Shown: positions 40,102 through 49,508 of the stretch, piece after piece | Numbering within the stretch: position 1 is the stretch's first letter | Layout: each line of letters begins with the position of its first letter | Source: an uncultured Gemmatimonadaceae bacterium | GTDB lineage: Bacteria; Gemmatimonadota; Gemmatimonadetes; Gemmatimonadales; Gemmatimonadaceae | DNA: 64,000 nucleotides | Assembly (NCBI GenBank): GCA_963843845.1 | Contig: CAWJMB010000003.1 | Coordinates: 32,001 to 96,000 of the forward strand | Reading direction: 5' to 3' | The notes under the pieces: generated by a model | Database searches by the model: none | What the model saw: the letters and a program-made list of their open reading frames with translations, nothing else | Told to the model about the DNA's origin: nothing | Position numbers and translations under genes: made by a program

Positions 40102-43100
40102 TCACCGCGTCACCTGGGGCGTGCACGTCATCCCGCCGAGCCACCCGCGCGAGAGCACGGGCGCCCCGTTCTCGTACTCGAAATCGAACGCGATCTTCCC
40201 GGCGTCCGCGTTGTTCCACTCGGCGTGCGTCCCGTCCGACTTCGTCGCCTGCGCGACGAGGCGGAACAGCGCCCACTCGCCGTTCGCGGTCGCGATGGTG
40301 CGACGTGCGTCGCGGCTGAGCGCGCGCTTCCGCTCGAAGCCGAGCGACGCCTGCCGTCCGGTCGTCGACGGCCAGACGAACTCCTGCGGCGGCGAGTTCT
40401 TCGCGAAGCGCGCCTCCTGCGTCCCCTGCCGGAGAATGATCTCGGGCGCCTTGTCGGTCGGCACCGTGCGCGCGCGGACGACCACGCGCGGCGTCTCGGC
40501 GCCGGCGGGGAACAGGCCACTGGAGGCGGCGGCGGCGCGGTTGAAGAAGTCGACGAACTGCTGCGACAGCGCGACCGGCGACGTCGCGACGGGAACCCAC
40601 TTGTTCCCCTGCTTCTCGAGCACGCCGTTCAGGCGCTCCTGCTGAAACGCCCACAACGCACCCGTGTTGGGGGCGAGCGCGGCCTTGACCTCTTCGATCG
40701 TCGCGTCGGCGGAGGCGTCGGGGTTGAACGGGAACTTCGCGAGCATCGGCGCCAGCTGTTCGCACAGCGTCCGTCCGCGCTCGCCCAACACTTTCGCGAG
40801 GGCCGCGGCGTTCGGCGCGCCGCCGCCGACCGGCGCCCCCGCTGCGCCGCCCCCGCCCCCCCCTCCCGCGACCACGCGGCGCGTCGGCGGACGGGTCGCC
40901 GCGACGCCACGCAGCGAGCCCTCGGCCGCATCGATCGGCGCGACGAGCAGCGTGGCGACCGTCGGTCCGATCTGCGCGGCCGCGGAGTCGGCGTTGAACT
41001 TCGCGGCGAGCTGACGCGCTGCGGTCTTCGCGTCGGCCGATTTGCCCAACGCCTGCTGGCCGGCCTGCGCGACTTGCATCGCGCTCGCCGTGTCGGTCGC
41101 GGGCGGCATGTTCGCCACCTGCTCGATCGTGCCTTGCAGCGCGAGCAGGGCGTTCACGTACGGCTGGTTCCCTTCGTCGACGAACTTGTCGAGCACGGCC
41201 GGGTTCGTGACGACGTGCACGGGTTGGAACGCCGCCGTGATGCCCGAGTCGACCGCCGTGTTGCGCGCCGCGAGCGAGAGCGCCGCGAGCAACGGCGACT
41301 GCGCCCCGCCCAACGTGCCGAGTCGCTGCGCCGCGTCTTTCATCGAGCCGCCGCGCGCGACACTCACGCCGTTCAGGTACGAGCGCCACTGCTGGACGTA
41401 GTCGTTGCGGTAGCGCGTCCGGATCTCGGCGACGACCCGATCCTTGTCCTGCGCCTGCGCGGCGGTCGCGTCGCCGACGACCCATCGCTCGCCCTGGAAG
41501 TACTTGTCGGCGTTGCGGAAGGCGTCCTGCATGAACTTCCACCCCGCGGCCGTGAACGCGCCGGCAACGTCCGGCGCGTTCACGACGCCCGCAGCCTGCG
41601 GCGCGAGGTCGGCGAGGCGCGCCGGCTTCGCGGTCGCGCTCCCTTCGGTGAGCATGTTCTGATAGATCCGCTCCGCCCCCGCGAACCCGCCGAGGAACGT
41701 GCGGACGCGATTGACGAGCGCGGCGTCGGCCGCCTGCGGCCACGGGTTGCCGCGCGGCAGCTCGCTCGCGTAGAACGCGAACTGACGTCGAGCCACGGCC
41801 AGCAGATCGGCGTCGACGGCCTGCCCGCGCCGCCACGCGTCGAGCAGCACCGGCGCGAGGAAGTCGGGGGTCGCGCGCGCCGGCTCGGCGGTCGTCTCGA
41901 GGTACCCTTTCAGCGCGGCGTAGTCGCGGCCGTAGTCGTCGGTCGGGCGCGGCACGTCGGGGAGCGCGCGCAGCGAGTCGACGAGTGCGGTCCACGCGAC
42001 GTCGTGTAACTGCTTGCGGTAGCCGTCGAGCCAGATCTGGCGCCCCTCGGCGAACAGCGCGCCGCCGCGCCACAGGCCCCACCGCAGGCGCAACGGCACG
42101 CCGCCCGTCTCGTAGCTGCGCAGCGTGTCGAGCACCCCGCGCAGCGCGTCGAGGGTGCCTAACGCCGCGGACGACGGCAGCGCGATCGTGCCCGGCGCGG
42201 CCGTGACGGTGGGGAGCGCGGCGACGGCGCGCGCCGCGGACGCCGTGCGCGCCGCGAGCGACCGGTTGCCGATCCACGACGTCGTCACGCCGACGGCGAC
42301 GGCGAGCGCCGCAGCGATGCCGGTGCCCAAGAGCGCGCGCCGCAGCGTGGCGACGCGCGTGCCGCCGCCGGCGAGCGCCGCCGCGGCCGGATCGGCGAAC
42401 ACGACGTCGGGGAACAGCCGCTCGAGGAACGCCCACTGCGGCACTCTGCGCCCGCCGCTCGCCGCGGGAGCCGCTGCCGCCACGTTCGGCCGCGCGAACG
42501 CGACCGTCGCCCGCGCCCCGCCCGCCGCGGGCGTGGACGGTGTGGACGCGGGCGCATCGCCGACGACGATCGGCCGCGCGCCGACGAAGTAGAAGCCGCG
42601 CAGTTGCGGGCTCGCGCCGAGCTGCGTGGGACGGCAGATCTCGACGAGGAAGCGCGACGCGAGCGGCGCGAGCTTGCCGAGCTCACGCGGCAGCTCGTAC
42701 GCGGTGAGGCGTCGCTCGGGCACGGCCTCGCGGCCCAGCAGGTCGACGCGGCGCTTCGCCAGCGACGCCGCGATCGACGTGAATGCGGCGTCGATCCGCG
42801 GTACGAGGCGCTCGGCGTAGCTGCCGGCGGCTCTCGCGTCGGTGCCGACGAGCGGGAGCGCGGCGCCCAACGGCGGCCGGATCTCGTCGCGCGTGAGCGG
42901 GCCCGCCCATGCCTCGAACGACGGAATGCGGTCGGCCTTCGTGAACACGACGTAGACCGGCACCGCCATCCCGAGCTCGCGTCCCGCCGCGGCGAGCCGC
43001 TGCCGCGTGACTCCGGCGAGTCCGTCGAGCTGCGCGCTCGCCTCGGCGGTCAGCAACTCGCAGCTCACGCAGACGACGATGCTCCGCTGCGGCGCCTCCG

Positions 43101-43644
43101 AGCGTCCGATCGCGGCGCCGAGTCGCGGCGGGCGGAGCGCGCGGAGGAAGGCGCGCCACCGCTCCTCGTCGGCGAACACGGCGCCTCCGGGCTCGGCGAG
43201 CACGGCGTCGCGGACGAGCCAGAGATTCGCGTCGGCGGTCGCGCCCGGCGGACCGTCGGACGGTGCGTCGCCTGCGAGCAGCTCGGGGTCGAGCCCGGCG
43301 CGCGTGACGAGCGTCGTCTTGCAGCTCCCCGTGCTGCCGGCGACGAGCACGATCGCCTTCGCGTCGAACGTGCCGCGCGGCAGCCGCGCGCGCGCCGTGT
43401 CGATCGCCGTCAGCGCGTCGTCTCCCTCGCGCTGCGCGGCCGCGGGGAGCGGCACGTCCTGGGGGCGCAGGTACCAGGCGAGCGCGGCGGCGGCGATCAG
43501 CCCGAGCGCGACGAGTCCGACCCGCAGCGCGACGCGCTCACCGTCCCCCACCGGCAGGACGGCGCCGAGGAGCCAGGCGGCGAGAAAGAAGACGATGAGG
43601 GCGGCGAGCGCGGCGAACCAGCGCGTGGAGCTGCTACGGGCCAT
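40102..43644 (-). CDS. tssM: T6SS membrane complex subunit TssM/IcmF
   Basis: N-terminal TMs, Walker A-like GSTGSCKTT, PVYVVFTKAD, LRGFYFVG, further TM, KFPFNP and GEWALFRL. Confidence 0.88.
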   Translation of the reverse strand: MARSSSTRWFAALAALIVFFLAAWLLGAVLPVGDGERVALRVGLVALGLIAAAALAWYLRPQDVPLPAAAQREGDDALTAIDTARARLPRGTFDAKAIVLVAGSTGSCKTTLVTRAGLDPELLAGDAPSDGPPGATADANLWLVRDAVLAEPGGAVFADEERWRAFLRALRPPRLGAAIGRSEAPQRSIVVCVSCELLTAEASAQLDGLAGVTRQRLAAAGRELGMAVPVYVVFTKADRIPSFEAWAGPLTRDEIRPPLGAALPLVGTDARAAGSYAERLVPRIDAAFTSIAASLAKRRVDLLGREAVPERRLTAYELPRELGKLAPLASRFLVEICRPTQLGASPQLRGFYFVGARPIVVGDAPASTPSTPAAGGARATVAFARPNVAAAAPAASGGRRVPQWAFLERLFPDVVFADPAAAALAGGGTRVATLRRALLGTGIAAALAVAVGVTTSWIGNRSLAARTASAARAVAALPTVTAAPGTIALPSSAALGTLDALRGVLDTLRSYETGGVPLRLRWGLWRGGALFAEGRQIWLDGYRKQLHDVAWTALVDSLRALPDVPRPTDDYGRDYAALKGYLETTAEPARATPDFLAPVLLDAWRRGQAVDADLLAVARRQFAFYASELPRGNPWPQAADAALVNRVRTFLGGFAGAERIYQNMLTEGSATAKPARLADLAPQAAGVVNAPDVAGAFTAAGWKFMQDAFRNADKYFQGERWVVGDATAAQAQDKDRVVAEIRTRYRNDYVQQWRSYLNGVSVARGGSMKDAAQRLGTLGGAQSPLLAALSLAARNTAVDSGITAAFQPVHVVTNPAVLDKFVDEGNQPYVNALLALQGTIEQVANMPPATDTASAMQVAQAGQQALGKSADAKTAARQLAAKFNADSAAAQIGPTVATLLVAPIDAAEGSLRGVAATRPPTRRVVAGGGGGGGAAGAPVGGGAPNAAALAKVLGERGRTLCEQLAPMLAKFPFNPDASADATIEEVKAALAPNTGALWAFQQERLNGVLEKQGNKWVPVATSPVALSQQFVDFFNRAAAASSGLFPAGAETPRVVVRARTVPTDKAPEIILRQGTQEARFAKNSPPQEFVWPSTTGRQASLGFERKRALSRDARRTIATANGEWALFRLVAQATKSDGTHAEWNNADAGKIAFDFEYENGAPVLSRGWLGGMTCTPQVTR

Positions 43645-43657
43645 GGGAGGTCACGAG

Positions 43658-43720
43658 GTGCCTGACTGGTGCCTGACGGTGCCTGACTGGTGCCTGACTG
43701 GTGCCTAACGAGTGCCTAAC
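43658..43720. repeat. six GTGCCT(G/A)AC copies at 10-11 bp period
   Basis: Copies at 43658, 43669, 43679, 43690, 43701 and 43712; includes the tssL stop. Confidence 0.85.
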
Positions 43721-44442
43721 GGAGTGCGACGCCGCGCAGCGACAGCGCGCCGGCACCCCACAGCGCGGCGGCGAGCACGACGCTCGCGGCGAGGCCGACG
43801 ACGAGGCGACGGACCCACGGGTCGCGGCCGACGACCGCGTCGTTCAACGGCCGCCAGCCGGGGGCCAGCTCGGCGCCCGCGCCGCCGCGCGCCGCCCGCG
43901 CCGCCGCGCAACCGCGCCACGCGCTCGCCGATGCGTGACGTGTACGCGTGCAGCGCGCCGGGATCACTCGTGCCGTAGCGCCCGCGGAAGCCGAGGAGCA
44001 GACAGAGCTCGTGCACCTCGAGCAGATCGGCGAGCGCCGGCGTGTCGGGGCGGGCGAGCAGTTGATCGACGTTCTGGAAGAACCACTCGCCGGCGAGGTG
44101 GGAGCCGAACAGCTCCTCCTGCAGGGGGCGGCGCGCCCAGTCGGCGAGCGCGGGCTGGCGCGCGCTGAGGGCGCTCTCGTCGAGCAGCGCGACGACGGCG
44201 AACACGCCGAGGCGTACGTCGTTCGGGTCGTAGCCGGCCGAGCGCGACTCCTGGTCGGCGCGCGTCAGCAGCCCGTGCATGTGCGTGCGGAATGCCGCAG
44301 CGTCGGTGATCGGCTGGCGGTCCGCGCGGAGCCGCGTCACGGCCGTCAGCGCCTCTTGCAGCGCCAGGGCGAGCAGTCCGGTGCCGATCGTCAGCGGGGG
44401 GGACGCGGGCGCGGTCGCGGGCGCGGTCGCGGGTGCGGTCAT
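43716..44442 (-). CDS. tssL: T6SS TssL/DotU; frameshift near 43900
   Basis: FAVVALLDE, WARRPLQEELFG, AGEWFF, LCLLLGFRGRY; TM anchor in the 43716-43967 frame. Confidence 0.9.
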
Positions 44443-44445
44443 GGC

Positions 44446-45909
44446 TCAGGGAGTAAGGACGGCCAACTCGAGATACACGCCGGGAAGGCCATCGGGGACG
44501 TAGACACCGATCTCGCGCGTGTCGCGCAACCCCTGCGCGCAGGGGCCGGCGAGCGCGAGCTCGAAGTAGACGAGCTCCGCGCGCGGCGCGAGCCCGGGCG
44601 GCGGGGCGGGGACGTAGTCGAGGGGGAGGCCGGGGAACGCGCGGCGCACGAGCTCGAGGACGTACTTGCTCGCGCACACCTTCGTCAGCTGCGGCACGCG
44701 CGCCACCGTCTCCGCCGCGCCGTACGCCGAGCGTGCGCCGAGAAACCAGCGCGCGCCGGGCTCGAAGCAACGTGGGTCGGTGATCGTGGCGGAGTGCAGC
44801 ACGTCGGTCGACGGCGCGAGCGGCACGACGATCGCTCGCGACGCGACGACGACGTCGAGGTGCGAGCGCAGGTGCCGCTCGACCGCCGCGAAGCACCCGC
44901 CGAGGTCGTCGTGCGTGTACAGCGGCAGGTCGCGCGGCGTCGTCGTGAGCGAGAACGTGCAGAGTGCGCCGCTCAGCCGCATGAGTTCCGTCCAGAGGCG
45001 CTCGGGGTGCGCGCTTCGCGTCCCGAGCAGGTGCCGCAGCGGCGCCTCGGCCGATCGCACGGCGTGCAGGAGCCAGCGCGTCGCGATCTCGTTGCCGCCG
45101 TACGCGGACGGGGCCGCGGCCCCCGACACGCCGGCCGGCGCCCCGCCCGACGCGGTGCCTGCCGTGTCGCCCAACGGAGCGACCGACGCCGCAAGGGCCG
45201 CCCCTTTCGCCTCGAGCATCCCGACGACGCCGCGCAGCAGCGCGACGAGGCGATCGCTGGCGCCGAACTGGAGACAGGGCGGTACGAAGTCGGGGTCGAG
45301 CACGAAGTGGCCGGCGCCGTCGCGGCGCACGCGGGCGATCGGGAGCGAGACGTCGTCGGCCGTCAGCTCCTCGTCGAGCGCGAGGCGGAGCTGTTTCGCG
45401 GCGAAGCGGATACGCGCGGCGTCGAGCCCGGTCGTCTCGTCGACGACGTCGCGAACGACGGCGGCGAAGCGGCGTGCGCCGAAGGCCGATGCGCCGAAGG
45501 CCGAGGCGCCGAAGGCCGAGGGGTCGGCGTACCCCGTCGCGTCGTCGGCGACGTTCGGCGTGTCGTCGCGCCAGCGGGGGAGCGCCAGGTGCACGACGTG
45601 TGCGTCACGCGTCGGCGAGAAGCGCGGCCCGAGCGGCTGCGGCGGCGGCGCGGCGTCTCCCTCGGGAACGAGAATCGCCGTGCCGTCGGGGAGGAGGCCG
45701 TGCGCGTGGCGGAGCGAGAGCGTGCCGTTCGCGAGCGCGTCGGCGTCGAGCGCGACCGCGGTGACGCCGTACGCGAACGGGAACAGGCCGTCGAGCGCGA
45801 GCGCGAGGCCGTCCTCGACGTAGCGCCGCTGCGCCTGGAAGTGCTGCGGTGCGATGAACATCCCCTCCTCCCACACGACGCGGGCCGGGGGGCGCAACGA
45901 AAGACGCAT
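44446..45909 (-). CDS. tssK: T6SS baseplate TssK, copy 1
   Basis: VVWEEGMFIAPQHFQAQ, LDPDFVPPCL, HPERLW, LPLYTHDDL, IGVYVP. Confidence 0.92.
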   Translation of the reverse strand: MRLSLRPPARVVWEEGMFIAPQHFQAQRRYVEDGLALALDGLFPFAYGVTAVALDADALANGTLSLRHAHGLLPDGTAILVPEGDAAPPPQPLGPRFSPTRDAHVVHLALPRWRDDTPNVADDATGYADPSAFGASAFGASAFGARRFAAVVRDVVDETTGLDAARIRFAAKQLRLALDEELTADDVSLPIARVRRDGAGHFVLDPDFVPPCLQFGASDRLVALLRGVVGMLEAKGAALAASVAPLGDTAGTASGGAPAGVSGAAAPSAYGGNEIATRWLLHAVRSAEAPLRHLLGTRSAHPERLWTELMRLSGALCTFSLTTTPRDLPLYTHDDLGGCFAAVERHLRSHLDVVVASRAIVVPLAPSTDVLHSATITDPRCFEPGARWFLGARSAYGAAETVARVPQLTKVCASKYVLELVRRAFPGLPLDYVPAPPPGLAPRAELVYFELALAGPCAQGLRDTREIGVYVPDGLPGVYLELAVLTP

Positions 45910-46083
45910 GAGGAGAGAGACGCGGCGGCGATGGCGCGAAAGCGACGCGGACGCAGGCGCCGAACGACCGGGTGGTGCGATTGCGCCGGCGCAGGCGGCG
46001 GGTGAACAATAGACGTCCGCCGTCGCCGACTGCGCAACCTCGCCGCACTCTCGACGGCGTCCCGACACGGCCTTCTCGCGCTC

Positions 46084-47790
46084 GTGATGAACAGCGACGA
46101 CTTCAACGCCCGCTACCGACTGCTGAAGTGCGTCGCCGTGAACGACGGCGTGCGGACGCACAACGCCCAGGAGACGCAGACCGGCCGCGTCGTCATGGTC
46201 CACATCGTCGACGACGCGGGGCCGGACGAGGAACAGCAGCTGCGCGAGGCGATGGCGCGCCTGTCGTCGGCGGATCAGGCGCGCATCCACGAGACAGCCT
46301 CGCTCACCGCCGGCTTCGCTGTCGTCACCGAGTTCCTCGGCGGGATGCGGTCGTTTCCGGAATGGTTGGCGACGCGCGCGGTGAGCGCGCCGTCCGCTCC
46401 CGCCGCGCCGCCGCCGTCGCCGATGTCGGCGCCTCCGGTGGGCCCGCCTCCCTCGTCGGTCCCGCCGCGTCCGGACGGCGAGCGGCTCACCCCCGAGGCG
46501 TTCGGCTTCTCCGTCGGCGGGTCCGCGCCGGCAGGCGGTGAGGCGACGCGGCTCATCATCGTCGGCGGGCAGCGGAAGGACGAGCTGTCGTCGCCCGACG
46601 CGGCATCGCAGGCGACGGCATCCCCTGTCGTCGAGTCGCCGACGGCTGAATCCGCGGCGCCCGACGTTCCGACGCGTGACGTGCCGGCGGCCGACGTGCC
46701 GCCGGCCGACGTGCCGGCGGCCGACGTACTCGCGACGGACTCGGGAGCTCCGAGCCCGGCCCACGCCGCGCCGCCGCCGCCCGATCCGCAGTCGGCGCCG
46801 CCCGCGAAGACGCCCGGCGAGTTCACGCGCATGTTCCAGTCGCTCGAAGCGCCGATGGTCTCGCCGCCGCCGAGCGCCGCGCCGCCCGCACCGGTGGCGC
46901 CGCCGCCGCCGCCACCACTCCCGCCGGTCGTGTCGCCGCCCGTGGCGCCGGCCGCGCCGCAGCCTGCGCCCGCGCCGTCGCTCGCGCCCGGGGAGTTCAC
47001 GCGGATGTTTCAGCAGTTGACGCCGCCGAGCGGGCCGAGCGCACCGTCGCCGTTCGTGCCGCCGGCTCCGAACCCGGCGCCGCTGACGCCACCGCCGCTC
47101 CCGTCCTCGCTCCCTCCGTTGCCGCCGCTGCCGTCCTCGCCGTCGATGGGGTCGTCGGCGGTCGTGCCGCCGCTGCCGCCGCTGCCGCCGCTCGCGCCGC
47201 CGTCGGTGTCGTCCGCCGCGAGTCCGGTACCGAGCGCCCCGGCGTTCGCGCCACTGCCGCCGCTGCCCCCGCTGTCGCCCCCGGCCGCTCCACCGCCGGC
47301 TCCGACGCTCCCGCCCGCGCTCCCCGAGATGCCATCGGTCGGGGCCCCGCCGGCGGCCAGCTTCGGCGGACTTCCTCCCCTCCCGCCGATGCCGCCGCTC
47401 GGCGCGCCCTCCGGTTCCGGGCCGTCGGCTGCCTCGTCGCCATTCGGGGCCCCCCCTGCGCCGGCGGGCGGGAGCGAGTACACGCGGATGATTCGTCAGT
47501 CGACGATGCCGGCTCCCCCGTCGCCGACCCCCGCTCCGGCGCCCGCCCACCGCGCCGAACCGGCCCCGCGGCGCACGACACCGATCGCGCTCGTCATCGT
47601 GCTCGCCGTCGTGGCCGTGCTGACGATCGCGCTCGTGCTCTACTTCGCGTTCCGTCCCGCGCCGCCGACCGCGTTGCCGGCCACGCGACCGAGCGGACTG
47701 CCGACCGTTCCGGCCGCCCCTGCCGCGCCGTCGCTGCCCGCCGCCCCGGGCGGGGCGCCGGCGGCGTCACCAGCTCCGACCCCGCCCTGA
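46084..47790 (+). CDS. Pro-rich membrane protein with degenerate kinase N-lobe and three E(F/Y)TRM(F/I) motifs
   Basis: RYRLLKCVAVNDGVRTHNAQETQTGRVVMVHIV; PGEFTRMFQ x2 and SEYTRMIR; TM IALVIVLAVVAVLTIALVLYFAF. Confidence 0.75.
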   Translation: MMNSDDFNARYRLLKCVAVNDGVRTHNAQETQTGRVVMVHIVDDAGPDEEQQLREAMARLSSADQARIHETASLTAGFAVVTEFLGGMRSFPEWLATRAVSAPSAPAAPPPSPMSAPPVGPPPSSVPPRPDGERLTPEAFGFSVGGSAPAGGEATRLIIVGGQRKDELSSPDAASQATASPVVESPTAESAAPDVPTRDVPAADVPPADVPAADVLATDSGAPSPAHAAPPPPDPQSAPPAKTPGEFTRMFQSLEAPMVSPPPSAAPPAPVAPPPPPPLPPVVSPPVAPAAPQPAPAPSLAPGEFTRMFQQLTPPSGPSAPSPFVPPAPNPAPLTPPPLPSSLPPLPPLPSSPSMGSSAVVPPLPPLPPLAPPSVSSAASPVPSAPAFAPLPPLPPLSPPAAPPPAPTLPPALPEMPSVGAPPAASFGGLPPLPPMPPLGAPSGSGPSAASSPFGAPPAPAGGSEYTRMIRQSTMPAPPSPTPAPAPAHRAEPAPRRTTPIALVIVLAVVAVLTIALVLYFAFRPAPPTALPATRPSGLPTVPAAPAAPSLPAAPGGAPAASPAPTPP

Positions 47791-47850
47791 TCGCGTCGCC
47801 TGGACAGCACGCCACGCCGTCTTTCCCCGTCTGCGTTTTCGGCTCCGCAT

Positions 47851-47893
47851 CACCGCCGCATCGCTGCGGTTCGACCGCAGCGATGCGGCGGTG
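47851..47893. terminator. 20-bp perfect hairpin between convergent genes
   Basis: CACCGCCGCATCGCTGCGGT-TCG-ACCGCAGCGATGCGGCGGTG. Confidence 0.65.
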
Positions 47894-47944
47894 GAACCAC
47901 GGTCAGGCGGAGTCGGCACCACGAGCGAGTGCGGCGCTCGATGC

Positions 47945-49297
47945 CTACCGCAGCACGACCACCAGCTCGAGCTGCGCCTCGCCCAATTCCGCCGGCACGT
48001 ACACCGCGAGATTTCGCGCCCGCGCCACCGACTCCCACGCCGATCCGGCGCGCCCGATCGCGAAGTACAGATAGTCGAGTTTGACCGGCACCCCGCCTGG
48101 TGGATTCGCGACGTGCGTCAGCTCGAGCCCGGCGAGCGCCTGCCGGATCAGCGTGTCGACGACGTCCGCCGACCCGACCTTGCACCCATGCAGCACGCGC
48201 GGCACGAGGTCCGACTGGCGCAGCGGTGAGCGCACGGCGAGGTACCACTGCGGCGCCGTCAGCAGCCGCTCCTGGTCGATCGCGACGGCGTGAATCCCTG
48301 CCCGCACCGGCCGCAGCGGCAGCGCGATCGCGTTCTCCGGCACCGCCGTGTCGAGCAGCTCGAGCACCCGCGCCTCGAGCGCCGCGAACCGCTCGCCGAG
48401 TCGGAGATGGTCGTAGAGGGGCAGCGGTGCGGCGGCCGGGGCGAAGGTCGTGAGCGCGCCGGCGAGCGCCACGAGCGCCTCCCACAGCTCCGACGGGTGG
48501 CCTCCGCGCACCTCGTGCAGGTGGCGCAGGACCGGCAGGTGCGTGTTCAGCGTGTAGAGCAGCCAGAAGCTCGCGATGTCGGTGACGGAGAAGTCGGCGA
48601 GTCCCTGATTGCGCTGGCGCCTCGCCCCCGAGAGCGCTCCCGCCTTCGCCGTGGCCCGCTCGACGAGACGCCGCGCGATGTCGTTCAGCGTGGCGCTCGC
48701 CCGGACGTCGAGCAGCGGCGGGATGAACGCGGGGTCGAGCGAGACGGCGCCGTTCGCCGCGCGGAGCAGTCGCGCGACGGGCATCGTGACGAACCCCTCG
48801 CCGCTCTCCCCCTCGAGCAGCAGTCGCAGATTCGCCCGCGCCACCTGGATCGGGCGCTCCGCCAGCCCCGTCGTCTCGTCCCGCGCGAGCTGCTCGTCGG
48901 CGCGCCAGCGCGCGGTCGCCGTCGCGCCGCTGTCGAGCGCGTCTCGGCGGGCGACGTTGCGCGCGGCGGCGCGGTACTCGGGGACGCCGATCGACACGAG
49001 CATCGCGCGCTGATCCTGCTGCCACGCCGCCTCGATCGCCCGTGGCGGTGGCGGCGGATCCGTCGACACGTCGAACAGCAGCCCGTCCGGAAAGCGCCCC
49101 TCGGCCGCGCCGAGGACGAGCGTGCCGCCGGCGAGCGCTTCGCGGTCGATCGTCAGGCGCGACACCCCCCACGGCGCGAAGGCCACCGCGCCGAGCTGCA
49201 CGCGGAGCAGCTCGTCGAAGTAGTGGTCGTGGGCCTGCAGGTGCTGGGGCGTCAGCAGCGTGCCCTTGGACCAGAGCACGGGGTGGAGAGATGGCAT
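47945..49297 (-). CDS. tssK: T6SS baseplate TssK, copy 2
   Basis: VLWSKGTLLTPQHLQ, LDPAFIPPLL, HPSELW, LPLYDHLRL, LAVYVP. Confidence 0.92.
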   Translation of the reverse strand: MPSLHPVLWSKGTLLTPQHLQAHDHYFDELLRVQLGAVAFAPWGVSRLTIDREALAGGTLVLGAAEGRFPDGLLFDVSTDPPPPPRAIEAAWQQDQRAMLVSIGVPEYRAAARNVARRDALDSGATATARWRADEQLARDETTGLAERPIQVARANLRLLLEGESGEGFVTMPVARLLRAANGAVSLDPAFIPPLLDVRASATLNDIARRLVERATAKAGALSGARRQRNQGLADFSVTDIASFWLLYTLNTHLPVLRHLHEVRGGHPSELWEALVALAGALTTFAPAAAPLPLYDHLRLGERFAALEARVLELLDTAVPENAIALPLRPVRAGIHAVAIDQERLLTAPQWYLAVRSPLRQSDLVPRVLHGCKVGSADVVDTLIRQALAGLELTHVANPPGGVPVKLDYLYFAIGRAGSAWESVARARNLAVYVPAELGEAQLELVVVLR

Positions 49298-49508
49298 GGC
49301 AGGAACGTATTGCCGCGGACGTCCGATGCCAGCGGACGAGGCAGAGTCCTGCGCCCGTCACCGTCGAGTCACCCCAACGTCACCGACGTCGAGTGCCGCG
49401 CGCTGGCGAGGATGCGAACGCGTCGACATACTCTGCCGCTTCTCGAGACCGGTCAATCGGCTCGTCGAGCGGCCGCCTTCTCACCAACACCACCCAGGAG
49501 TCGCCCCG

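Noticed and set aside
45474..45520. 15-bp repeat in tssK1 (SAFGA x3) and similar in-frame repeats in rep, the kinase (GAAN x3) and the tssL N-terminus
   Set aside because: Short in-frame slippage expansions in linkers with no sign of a separate function
44446..47550. 1034-aa TssK with a long N-terminal extension
   Set aside because: The extension is the antisense shadow of the Pro-rich plus-strand gene; TssK similarity starts near 45909
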